A stretch of 58,702 bases of DNA from Vezdaea acicularis (lineage: Eukaryota), in the NCBI GenBank assembly GCA_026025075.1, contig JAPEUI010000047.1:62001-120702 (forward strand), written 5' to 3'. The first letter of the stretch is position 1, and every line of letters begins with the position of its first letter. The notes under the pieces were generated by a model. That model did not search any database. It was not told the origin of the DNA and saw nothing but the letters and a program-made list of their open reading frames with translations. The translations under genes were made by a program, and so were the position numbers. This document shows positions 13,767-25,572 of the stretch, piece after piece.

Positions 13767-14156
13767 AGTGTGGCGAGGGAATGAGGATTGTTATTCATGG
13801 GCTTGCAGTGGAAGCCGACGATATGACTCGCTTTCTACCTGAACATGGAGCACTGCACCGCAAAGCCTCTCGGTTGGTGAGTGTCCTGCCCCCAAAGCAG
13901 AGTAGTATGGACAGTCACTGCACAAATCTCGATTCTTGTCCCTTTTCAATTATACGATTTGAACTTATTGGCTTAGAGATATGCTCGAAAGACTCCTATT
14001 TGAGGCAATGAGGCTCCAGTTGACTAAATGATAACGACTTGCCACCCTATGTTGTTACACGATTATTGAAGATCAACCACACTTCCTAATACTATTGATC
14101 CTCTTCGAGACTCTACTTGAAATAGGTGATATGAGCACAAGACTCAAGCGACATTG

Positions 14157-14916
14157 CTAGGGTGAAAGCCGATCAATCTTCCAAGAGCCCGACTCTCCAT
14201 CCTGTTCCGCTCTTGAATATCGGAATCGGTCGTGCAACCTGCTTTCTCTCCCTTGCCAGAACTCAATAATCTCGGGAATGACTCTTAGTCCACCCCAGAA
14301 GCCAGGAACTGGTATCTTTTCCTGACCTTCAAATCTCGTCTCCACTTCTTGGACTCTTTTCTCGAGCTCCTCTCTGCTTTCTAAGACTTGGGTCTGAGGA
14401 GATGCCCATGCCCCTATCCTTGAGCTTCTTAGCCTCATGTCGTAATAGATCTGGCTTTCCTCGTCTTTTAGTCGTTCCACAGCTCCTTCCACTCTCACTT
14501 GGCGTTCAAGCTCCTGCCACCAGAACGTTAAGGAGGCGTATGGATTACTCTCTATATCTTTCGCTTTCCTGCTAGTGCCCCAATTTGAGTATATCACAAA
14601 CCCGCGATCATCTAGCTCCTTGAGGTAGACCATTCGCCCGGAAACCTTACCGGAAGGTAAAGATGCCGTTGAAAGGGTTGTCGCCTCTGGCAGGACTACG
14701 GAGGAAGATTGGGCATGGGAGAACCAGACATGAAATTGTTTGAAAGGGTCAGGATCGAGCTGCAAACGTTCGAGAGAACCCTTAGTATATTGGTCGGCTT
14801 GGTGGGAGGTCCCATGAGCGGCCGGCGCGACTAGAAGTAAAACCTTAGCGGGGTAGAAGGATGATGGAGAGGTGCATATATCTACAGATGTATTTTGAGG
14901 AGGGAGCAGACGCCAT
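14157..14916 (-). CDS. PDX3: Pyridoxamine 5'-phosphate oxidase
   Basis: RMVYLKELDDRGFVIYSN, RQVRVEG, EFWQGRESRLHDRF, RLSP; start exon MASAPSSKYI and intron 14885-14831. Confidence 0.92.
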
Positions 14917-15158
14917 GAGCGAGTAACGGAAGCGGAGAAGTGACAGAGGACGCATAAGCCAACTATTATACACGAGTGTAAAAAGGGTAGTAACCTAGAA
15001 CGTGATATAGGCGTTGCATGGTAAGGTTTCAACGATGATGGACATGGTGCAGGTTGACTCGCGTAGATTCGCGAGCTTCACTCGCTTTTGGCGCTTTACT
15101 TTCCCTCAAACGTGACTATAAATGCTAGCTTCACCTCTACACCTTTCCTCCGCACACA

Positions 15159-16929
15159 ATGGTCAATCCAACGTGGACCTTCCGTCTGTTTACGGTTACT
15201 TTGCTTTTCATATTTAAAGCATTACTGTGCTCTTCCGTAGAGGCAGTGAGTGGAGATGCCTTGAAGAAGCAGGCCGAGCTTGAGAAGCTCTTTTGTCCTG
15301 ACTACAAGCACTACTCTGTCAACCAACAGTATGAGCACGAGCAATTACCTACAGAAAATCCACTGACGTAGATTTTCCAGTCGTCCCTTTAGTGAAGGCA
15401 AATTAAAGCTACCATTCCAACGCCCAGCCCCACAGTGTCGAACGTTTAAGTCGACATCTGTAGAGAAAGTCATAGACGACATTACGTCTCGCATGACAGA
15501 TCCTGACCTAGCACGCCTTTTTGAGAACGCGTTTCCAAATACTTTGGATACTACTGTACGTTGGCACATTACTGGAGGTGAGTCCAAGGTTGGCAAAACG
15601 CAAAAATTTCTCCAGAGCTTCATAGACCAAGGAAGATGGGAGGGTCCTCAAAGCTTTATCGTCACCGGGGACATCAACGCTGAATGGCTACGAGACTCGA
15701 CAAATCAGCTGGCACAGTATCAAGCTCTCGCTAAGAGTGACAAGAATCTTGAAACATTAATTCATGGAGCAATCAATACACAGGCAGAATACGTCATTCA
15801 GTCACCCTACTGCAATGCCTTCCAGCCTCCTCCACCTAGCAAACTGCCGCACACATCAAACAGACAAGATGATTTCGTGCATCCAGCGTACGAGCCTCTT
15901 TTTGTCTTCGAATGCAAGTGGGAGCTAGATTCTTTAGCGCACTTCCTTGGTCTCACAAACCAGTTCTATAGCAGCACTGGTTCAACTGCGTTCTTGAACA
16001 ACAGATGGTACCTTGCCCTGGAAACTCTCATATCCGTCCTGGACATGCAGTCAGAACCCACTTTTGATCCAGATACCAAACAATACCAGCAAAACGAATA
16101 CACCTGGCGTCGCGCGACAACTACTGGTACTGAAACCCTTAACTTGAATGGCATCGGCAACCCGCTCGCCAACGGTACTGGCCTTATCCGCAGTGCATTT
16201 CGCCCAAGTGATGACGCTACCATCCTTGGCTTCCTCATTCCATCCAACGCCATGATGGCTGTTGAGCTGCGCCGGACTGCGTCAATGCTTTCTATAGTAG
16301 GTAAAGCCGCGCTTTCGAAGAAGCTCCAGCGCCGTAGCGAGGAGATTGAACGTGGTATATGGGATCATGGTGTTGTGCAACACAAGCGATATGGCTCTGT
16401 TTTCGCCTTTGAGGTTGATGGATACGGCTCCTCTATTCTCATGGACGACGCAAACCTACCGTCGCTTCTCTCACTTCCACTTTTGGGGTTTGTTGAGGCA
16501 AGCGATAAGACATACCTGAATACCCGAAGGATGATCCTAGAAAAACAGGGAAACCCCTATTTCCTACAGGGCAAGGCGTTCAGTGGAATTGGCGGTCCGC
16601 ACGTGGGGCTACAGCATGCATGGCCCATGAGTCTGTTAGTGAGGGCAATGACGAGCGAAGACGATAGAGAGATTATGGATATGGTCAACTTGGTACTAAA
16701 CTCAAGTCAATTGGGTCTAGTGCATGAGAGCGTCTACGTGAATCGAGTGAACGATTTCACCCGTAAGTTCCAGTTCGACAGTTGCCTAATTTCGTACATT
16801 TACTGACTGTAAACAGGAAGCTGGTTCGCTTGGGCAAACTCTGTCTTTGCACAAACAATTCTAGATATTGCTAAACGAAAGCCCCATCTAATATTTGGGA
16901 AAGGTGCAGAGCCATACATCATATCTTAG
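15159..16929 (+). CDS. Secreted glycoside hydrolase family 125 (DUF1237; exo-alpha-1,6-mannosidase-like)
   Basis: Signal peptide; FENAFPNTLDTT, ITGDI-type motif (IVTGDINAEWLRDS), ECKWELDSL, SAFRPSDDA, MDDANLPSLL, WPMS, SWFAWANS; two introns. Confidence 0.92.
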
Positions 16930-17242
16930 TCGTCCACTTCACAGTCATTTGTATAATGGCATCCTTCTCTGCGCTGAATTACAGCTGTCTGTGCAGTAAC
17001 TCTTTCAGACGCTTATCTAGTTGATGTCAGAATAATCTTTGACGTCACTAAATGCCAAATCGAGGTGTCCGAGCTTTGATGTGGCATACAACCGGTATCA
17101 GGCAAACTATCTAGCTCTCAAAATCTAGGGCTGATGGCTACTTTACTCCTGCGCCCCTGCGTACCCGCCTGTCCTGCGCGCGTCCAAGAATTCTTCTCGC
17201 AGAGCTCCCAAGCAAAGGATTTGTGTCATAAATCTATCACTT

Positions 17243-17259
17243 GGGGGGGGGGGGGGGGG
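17243..17259 (+). repeat. Poly(G)17 homopolymer
   Basis: 17 consecutive G in intergenic DNA. Confidence 0.9.
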
Positions 17260-18784
17260 AACGATTCGCGACAACGGAGACAACTTCGCAGCATTCACAG
17301 GGTCATTACTGTATAGTTTCTAGCTTGAAAACCTCTTATCGCTCGATCATCATCTCTCCTCATTGCATAGAGGGTAAGACATCACTATCTCAGGCACAGG
17401 CCACAGATGGCTCCCAAATAGATCATACAGGCTTTGGGGTTACACCACTTGGGCCCGGCGACCCGTACAAGTCTCTCAAAAGCCGCCTCAGATTCTAGGT
17501 CATAGGTCGATCCCGCTACATGAGTGTTGCCTTCTCTTTCGAGACCTCCATGTTGGCTAAGCAAGGTCTTGGTGTTTTTACACTTAAGAACGACGCCAAG
17601 GCAAAGCTAGATGTGGGTGAATCGAGCTATTATACTGAAACTTGTTGGTTACCGAGCTATCTTTTCATGCCTTACTCAGAAGTCTCTTGCTCTAAGCTCC
17701 TAAGGATTGAGCGAGATCTCATTGACCTGTAGATAAGAACGAAATTATTAAGCTTACCAGGAGCAAGCTTTGTCAAGGAGGAACGAGTATGGTAATAGTA
17801 TACTCAAGCTCCTCAGTTCACACACCTCCGGTATGACAGAATGCTGTCTTACTCCCTTATACAAGTAATTCACTTTTCCGCCTCCCAAAAGAAACCTTGA
17901 CTTCTTTGCCAAGCCCTTGCATGGGAACATCCGGGCTGGCGACTCTCATCAGCTCGGCATACAAGAAGTCCATAGTGAAGACGATTAATATGAGTAAATC
18001 TTCTATATTACAGAAGTGTGTCAAGAAGAGGACTTGGTCAATCATTTAAGATCATTGTGAACAGAACCGCGAAGGAAAAGTGGACTGCTAGAAGATTGGC
18101 TCCTGAAACTTCTGATCATAAAGAGATGACAAGAGCTTATTCACGCTTCGGCTTCAGCAACTCATCAACAAAACATTTCCTGGACTGTGGTCCCTGCCCG
18201 TGAGAAAGAAGGGAGGAATAACTCTGATTCCCAACACAGTTGATTGAAGCCTTCCTCGTATATGCGAATAGATTGTTGGGGCCCAACTACTTGTATAAAA
18301 GGCGGCATACGCATCAAGTCACTAAGTTTAACAGGAGGCAGGAGGCAGGAGGCTAGAGATGGAGTGCTCGTGTCCGCCATTTCTTTGTCTTCCAAGTCCC
18401 TAGCACCATCACGCGAAATAGCTATGATTGAGTAAAGCATGAGAAGTGTCTACTTTCGTGAGTGGAAGGGAGGGATTGGAGAGGGATGGGGGAGAACTAT
18501 CAGGTTAGCTTAAAAGCATACGAGGAAGATGGACCTTGATAGATAACAATACATTTTGTCAAAAAAAAATAAGTAATAAGCTGCTAGTAATATAACACTT
18601 TGCTGCTCTCGAAACCGACGCCTTCGCTCAGACAGCAAGTAAATACTCCCATGATACTGTAGTGTACAAATTTTCAATGTTCAGCAACGTAGGCTTATAC
18701 ACACCCCCAATACAGTATTCACAACTCATCAAACTCTCTCTCTAGATCTCACAACTGATGGCACCTGCGATGCCCTCCCCTACC

Positions 18785-20723
18785 TTATTTGCCCACTCGT
18801 TCGATTCTCTGCAAACTCGAGCTCCGTTCGGGCGCCAGCGTGTAAGCGGGAGCGACAGCATTGGTTCCGTGCTCGTGTTCGTTGGCAGGTAGGGGAAAAG
18901 GCCAGGGCCGTTCCTCGCCTCCATCCTCGCTCACGATTACAGGCGGGTGGCGGATGACCGTTTCCGTCCGATCAAAGCCCTCAGCCGTGCGATACGTGAC
19001 CGAGCTCTCGACATAGGGCTCTCGTGGTGGCGCGGGGAGAGGTTTGGGTGCACCTTTGTCCGACGCGGTCTCGACTACACGGAAGTGGTCGGTGCGGCCA
19101 GGGATGGAGGAGATGGGGACTTCGGCCAAGTTGCCGTTGGAGTCGGGGATATAGTGTCTGGTGGGGCGGACTTCGACGTCGACGATGGGTTGCAGGTGGT
19201 GGAAGTAGGTGTGTGTGTGGATGTCACGGTGGATCTCTTCGGTTCGGATTTCGTGGACGGTTGGCTGCACGGTTTCGTGCGTGACGGCTTGAGGGTGGTT
19301 AGGATATTTCTTTTGAAAGAGGGGGTGAGGGGAGCTTACCAGGTGCTTGTGTGGTATGCGTATCTGTGTGCACGGAGTTTTTGAGGTCTACAATGCCATC
19401 CAGGGATTGTTTCTCCGCTGTGAGCTCGTTGTACTTGTGATTTGGATCCCGTGCAGTATTTTCGTTGCGGTGTCTGATAGGCAAGGACCCTGCAATTGGC
19501 GCTGGGACTCTGCTGGAAGTTGATTTCGCAGCCACGGGGCTTCTTTGAGAGGGCGCACTAGGCACCCTAGGCGTGTTGTTGTTCCCATGTACCGCGTGAA
19601 TAGGATCGACACTACCTTCCAGCGACGGTCTGGTGATAGCAAGTGCTTTGTGCAGAGACTCCAGCTCTTGGGCATGTTTCTCATGCCGGCGCTGGGTTGC
19701 CAAAGATGCAGCAACAGGAGGTGGATTTCTGCCTATACCAGCTCTAGTCGTTGAGCCTATGTTCGGTTGAGAAATTGATCTCTCGTCTTGACCGTTGCTC
19801 TCCAAACTATTCCTTCCTAATGGTTTTCGAGAGATAGAGAACATGCGTTGCGGTGTTCCATCAGACCCGGTACTCGAGCGGATGGGGTCCTTTGGAGGAG
19901 TCTGAGGTCCATCTTCGAGGTCGTACATCCCTGCATGCGAGAACTGTGGTACGGCTCTTACATGACTTCGTCTCCCGGTTGGTGAGTCTTGTGGACCGCC
20001 TAGTGGCCCATCGTAACCTTGGATGTCCAAGCTGCTTCGGGAAGACCCTAGGTTACTTAGTGAAGCCGCCTCTCGCTCTGCTGCAATATTACGATCGGCC
20101 ACATCTTCGCTATACACAGTCGCTACGTATGAGTATGAGCTTGACCTCATGTCGCGAGATGAGATTGATGAAACTTCATCTTTAGACCCATTCCGACGAT
20201 CAAAGTCTTGTTGATATTCTCCACCACGCGTGTACAGTGGAACTCTTGCTGGTACGCCCGGATCGTAATGCTTCCTTGCTGCATCGACCAGGTCTACGGA
20301 TGCACCGCGCGGTCGATTCTGCAGCGAAGAATGGTCGATACTTCTGGAAGGCTCGCGACCTTGTCTTAATGGAGGTATACCATTTGGCTGAGGTTTAACC
20401 GTGCCATTCCGCGGCTTTTGGAGCTTTCGACTGCCATCGGCACTGGAGTATTCCGCCGTGGGTGGGATTGGACCAGCGATGTCTGACGATGGACCGCGTG
20501 TAGCGTGGTATTGTCGAGGGACGCTCTTGGATCGATTATGAATCGATTGCTTCTGCATTTCCATGGCCATGTTTGGTGGAGGTCGCGTCCCTCGCAATGG
20601 GCGAAGACCCTCTGTTGGAGGGACTCGTGCTCGAGCATCTTCATAGCGTGTTCCACGAACGATTCCGCTGTCGTCATCGGAATGTCTCCTACGCGGAAGC
20701 AGCTTCCTGACTGCAGCCCTCAT
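18785..20723 (-). CDS. Disordered protein with a C-terminal His-rich domain (APAVTHE...IHRDIH...QPIVDVEV) typical of fungal 'allergen'-annotated proteins
   Basis: 474-aa ORF joined via intron 19339-19288 (GTAAGC...CTAAC...AAG) to the 161-aa ORF, giving TQAPAVTHETVQPTVHEIRTEEIHRDIHTH. Confidence 0.8.
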
Positions 20724-22602
20724 TACGGCGGTCGCAATGCGCTCTGGACCCCGAGGGACCCGTGGGTCTTTCTAGCGAAGATTGTTTTAGTTGAGCACAA
20801 TGAGGTCAGAAACGGAACCTGCCGTTAATTGGATCGGTCGCAAACTGAAGAACTCATGGAGGCGTTCTTAACGGCGTGGCGGACTTTAGGGAGACACGTC
20901 GGACCCTTCACGATGTTTCTTTTGCGCGCCACACGGAGGACGTGGAACCAGTTAGGTCATTTTACGGTGGTGGCTGGCTGTCATGGCGAACTGGCTTGCC
21001 GCCTCAATGGTGCTACGCTCATCACGGTAAGCTCGTTTGAGGGCACGCGTGGGGCCGCAAGGGGAGGGCATCGACAAAGCGGCCATTCATTTTGGTAGGG
21101 ATGAATCCTGTGGCCGGACATATCTTCGGGGGCTGAGTTAGCTGGCTAGGAGGACATTGGGAGACTCTACGGCATGATTATGAATTGTCAATGAAGATGA
21201 TGTTTGCTGACCAGCCCCAAAGGGTAAGGCGTTTGACAAACTACCAAACACGCCAAGATATCATCAATCCCAATGCGGCAAGTCAGATCTTCGGTTAAGC
21301 TCGAGGTCTGGAACGTCGGACAGCTCGTTCTGACGACACCGGGATCTTCTGTTGTCGATTTGGTGGCATAAGCCAAGGTCAATTGTATATTTTCCTATCC
21401 TGGCTCTAGGCCCCAGCGCTGGGAATGCCCCGCTTTCCTACCCCTAGGGTCCATGGACGGACCTTTTGGGGATTCTCATTGACCAAGGCTGGCATTAACG
21501 CAATGAGCTCCTTCGACATTCCCGAAACCATAGCGTCATAGGTCGACGTCATTCAACGCCTGAGCTTTCTCGCCTCCCTAGGTCCAGTCGATATAGGGAT
21601 GTTCTTGCATAACACGCATCTATTCTGTAGATGATGAAAGAATGGCTGACGTCGTTACCCGCGTGGAGCGGATATCTTTCCGGCCCAATCCCAAGAGCGC
21701 TTCATAGCTTCACGCCAATTTTTGGGAAGGATGATCCGCCAATTGAACTGCACTCGTACAGCTAGAAGGTGACAAGGAATGCCCGCTTGCTCAGCCTATC
21801 GGGACCTTCTATAGATCTGCCTTTACCATAAACAAGGATCGACGCGCGACGGCGACTCATCGCGCTACCCGTGCAATCATCCTTTCTCTTTCCGTCAAAC
21901 GTCACTAGGATACGTGCAGTATAAATAACTTGGCGAGATCTGAGATGCAATATTCCCTGGACCGTACCAGGGATCTCTCCGGGATACGATCTGATAGCGT
22001 CATGTACGCCGGGGCTAATGGAAGCGAATGGCCGAAAGATGTCATGATTGTCGATGGCAAAACCCCACCATCTATGCTCACCTCCTGCAAGCCACACCCC
22101 ACGGGTGGAAGTTGTCTCCGGACCCAACAGCAATTGGCTGTGGCGGCGTTGGCCTAGTGAAACAGTCCGGATGACAGCAGAGCGTAGGCCCGACTGAGGC
22201 TGGGCGAGGGGGTAAGCGCGGTTGGGAGGAGGAGGAGCGTGTGGGGTTGGCGGGATGAGCATTCCCCCAACCGTTAAGATTGACGTATTGACGAGGTCAT
22301 GGCTTCGACGTAGTTCCCCCCTTTTCTTTGCTATCCATTTCCCGAAACGGGCCGTCTGGGCAAGCATGGGTCGCACGGCAAACGCCGGGGGGGGAGCCCT
22401 GCCACTTCCGTAATAGGAAGAGTGACGAAAGCAATCCCAATTGCCTACGAACCAGTTCTCAGTCTGTAAGAACTACTACTTAAACTGCTCAGCCACCCCG
22501 ATTCTCCATCTCAATCTTGCACATCAATTTGATATCAATACATTCTCATTAATTCGAAGATCAAAACACATTTTCACCTTCACAATCAAATTTATATTCA
22601 CA

Positions 22603-23559
22603 ATGGATAAAGCGAAAGCAGCTGTCTCCGACTTCCTCCACAAGTCTGGAAAGCACGATACCTCTGTTGAGGAGGTCGTTGCCCCAGCTGTCACCAATGA
22701 GAACATCTCAAGGACTCGCCATGAAGAGGCTACCACAGCTATCGATCGCGAGATCCACAAAGACCATCATCACACATCCGTCCTTCCTATCACCGATAAA
22801 GAGGTTCGCCCTGAGCAACATCACCACAGAATGGCTGGTGTCGAGACTAGGCAACATCGCGAAGGCAACGACCGGGACATCCTGGCTGGCGTAGAGGCAG
22901 AGCGTGCTCAGTTCAAGGGTACACGTACTGAAGCCCCTATCAGAGAGACCTCGTCAACTGGAGGTGTTGTTGCGGGTGAACATGTTCATCATCACGTCCA
23001 TGAGGTATTACATTTTACATCTTTTGCACAAACACCTCCTTACTAACATTATTAGACCATTCAACCAGTTGTACAAAAGGAAATCGTCGAGCCAAGCGTC
23101 GTCCATACGACCGTCCCCGTCCACGAAGTCGTTCACAAGGGAGCCACTCATCATTCTTCGAGCACCCTACCCTCAATGACAATGAATGAATTCACCACTC
23201 AAGGTGGAAGTCTTACCGGCCGCGAGGCGCGACATGACGGCTTTGAAGGCGAGCCTAAAGGTCTTGGAGCTGCTGCCGCTGCTGCCGTAAACGGAAATCA
23301 TCACCATCATAACGGTGCTACCGGTACCACTGGCGTTAACCGTGGTACTGATGATTATGAAGGTACTGCATCTGCCGGTCAACGCGACGGCAGAACTGGT
23401 TATGATAATACCCGTACTGACACAGGCGCGACTGGATATGATAGTTCCAATGTTGGCGGAAAGACCGCTGCAACAGGTCCTCACAAGTCTAACTTGATGA
23501 ACAAGTTGGACCCACGAGTTGACAGTGATCGCGACGGAAAGGTTGGAGCTATGGATTAA
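22603..23559 (+). CDS. His-rich 'allergen'-like stress protein with a C-terminal dehydrin-like DPR motif
   Basis: MDKAKAAVSDFLHKSGKHDTSVEEVVAPAV..., HVHHHVHE/TIQPVVQKE across one intron; ends GPHKSNLMNKLDPRVDSDRDG. Confidence 0.88.
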
Positions 23560-23903
23560 GTTTTTTTGATTTCATATACTACCATCATGTACTATAGTTG
23601 TATCATATAAAACGGAGAACAATTGAGATGTTCATGCTACAAACCATGAAACTACCCCTGCATACAAAGTGAACAATTTTTTCTCATAGTACCCTAAGTT
23701 CGGCGGATTTATAATTTGACATTTTAATAATGAAGCGAACGACGCGTCCAAGTACCTAAATCTTCTGTCCACAATACTCATTTGTTCAATTTCAACCCAT
23801 GTACTTGTCGATTCCTCTTTAATCTTTATCGATCCCTAACGATTTCCCTCCATGAACCTGCCCAACTCCTCCCTCCCTTATCCTCCAACCTCCCAGGCAA
23901 ACT

Positions 23904-24965
23904 CTACGTGTCCTCTCCATCCCTCTGCATATTAAGCCACTCCCCTCTCCCCACCTCCGGGCTCCTGAATGAATTCCTCCTCAACGACAAATTAGCCATC
24001 CCATCCGCAGCACACCACTCTGTCGCCGGCGCGACATTCTCTACTGTTGTCGCCAGCTCCATCGGTAGCGGCGTGAGCATTGAAGCCGGCGTGAAGGGTG
24101 GGGCGGCAGCGTTATAGGTCGGGTAATACTGGTTATAAACGCTATTCGTCCACGCGAACTGTTGCTGAAAAGCCATCGGGTCGGTATTCATCTCTTGGTA
24201 AGCTCGAGGTTGCACCAATGTATGCTCTTGTAGCTGTAGGTTATACAGCCCGCAGCTCGATTGGGGAAGCGCAAAGCAGCTCATCTCTAGATGCTGCGGG
24301 GACCATGCAAGCCCGGGTCCGGGGTACTGGCGCGTCGGCTCGAAGGGCTGGAGCTGTGGTATTGGGGCGGAGCCTGGCATTGGCGATGACCACGGCGTCC
24401 ATAGCCCCGCATTGCACGCCTGGCCCTGCCACATGAGAGTTTCGCTCTGAGCGCGACATCCGCGCTCGCGGCTTTGGATCTCCCATGTGATCCGCCCTAG
24501 ACTGTTGAGAATAGCTTTCTCTTGTATTTCGATAGCTTTCAGTTCGTTGGAAGTCTTTTTGATGAGGAGACTTATTTCGTGCCGTTTCTGAGGTGGGCAG
24601 GGGGCTTCTAGGTCGTGGTTCAGGCTGGCGATCTTGCTGTGTAGCAGGCTGGCTTTGGCGTCGGCTTCTTGGAGGGATTGGAGAAGGTAGTCGCGTTCGC
24701 CGTAGGCCGCGTTGGGGGAAAGGTCTGGGTTCGTGAAGATGGGCTCGGGATCTTGTGATGGGTACGATGCGGGATAGAAGGGCATGGGATATTGGACTGG
24801 GCGCTCGGGAGAACTGGAAAGTGTATGTGGGTGGTAGGTTGCGGGGGAAGTGTTGCAGATCATCTTGTTGGAGGCGGACTTTATTGATTTCGAATGGCGC
24901 CGTTTCTTCGACTCTTTGAGGTAAGGGCTCTTTTCCTTAGAACGACGTTCATGTTGATCAGACAT
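23904..24965 (-). CDS. Hypothetical protein with a central coiled coil and Pro/Gln-rich flanks
   Basis: Intronless 353-aa ATG ORF; ERDYLLQSLQ...QEKAILNSLGRITWEIQSRER. Confidence 0.75.
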   Translation of the reverse strand: MSDQHERRSKEKSPYLKESKKRRHSKSIKSASNKMICNTSPATYHPHTLSSSPERPVQYPMPFYPASYPSQDPEPIFTNPDLSPNAAYGERDYLLQSLQEADAKASLLHSKIASLNHDLEAPCPPQKRHEISLLIKKTSNELKAIEIQEKAILNSLGRITWEIQSRERGCRAQSETLMWQGQACNAGLWTPWSSPMPGSAPIPQLQPFEPTRQYPGPGLAWSPQHLEMSCFALPQSSCGLYNLQLQEHTLVQPRAYQEMNTDPMAFQQQFAWTNSVYNQYYPTYNAAAPPFTPASMLTPLPMELATTVENVAPATEWCAADGMANLSLRRNSFRSPEVGRGEWLNMQRDGEDT

Positions 24966-25572
24966 CGAGGGGACTCGTATCGGTCGGGATTGATTGTATG
25001 AGGTTTTCTCTGGGGAAATTCAAAGTTGAGATTCCTATTTTTGATTCGTTTGGGAGGCTTAGCCTATGTATAAGCCCTTGAGAAGCTCACAAGACTTTGG
25101 ATCTTGGGATCCGTGCATAGTTCTAGAAGCAGGGCAAAGGCCTGGGCTCTGGCTCCGATGCACCTGCCCAGACTTCCCACCACGTATGAAAGGCCACGCG
25201 GAGCTACCATGCCTGATAGCGAGCCACATTCCGTGCAGAGACGCTATATCCTTTATGTGTGGAGAGGTCGGTGCAAACTCCGAAAGATTTGGGGCCGAGG
25301 GAAGAGCAAATTGGCGATTGTCAACAAAGAGTCCTAGAAATGGCAAAGAGCTCCGCTGTTGCCGGTCAAAGACCTCAAACGTGTGAAAGAAGATTCTTTG
25401 TATGTGAGCATGAGTACTAGTTCCCAAAACGACTTGAGAGCTCACATAGCCAACGGACGATACCGCCTTCAAGCAGTCGAGATACATATTGTTTGCGATA
25501 GACTTTGGCCGTCCAAAAGGCTAGGCCAGTTTTTGGTTCATGTCCCAAAACTCTTTAATGATGAAAGGCAGT

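Noticed and set aside
14917..15032. N-terminal extension of the 291-aa PDX3 ORF
   Set aside because: Starts at TTG and reads through an intron; ATG 14916 plus splicing gives a normal N-terminus
21762..22376. 204-aa ORF between the divergent His-rich genes
   Set aside because: Non-ATG start, no recognisable domain, located in the probable promoter region
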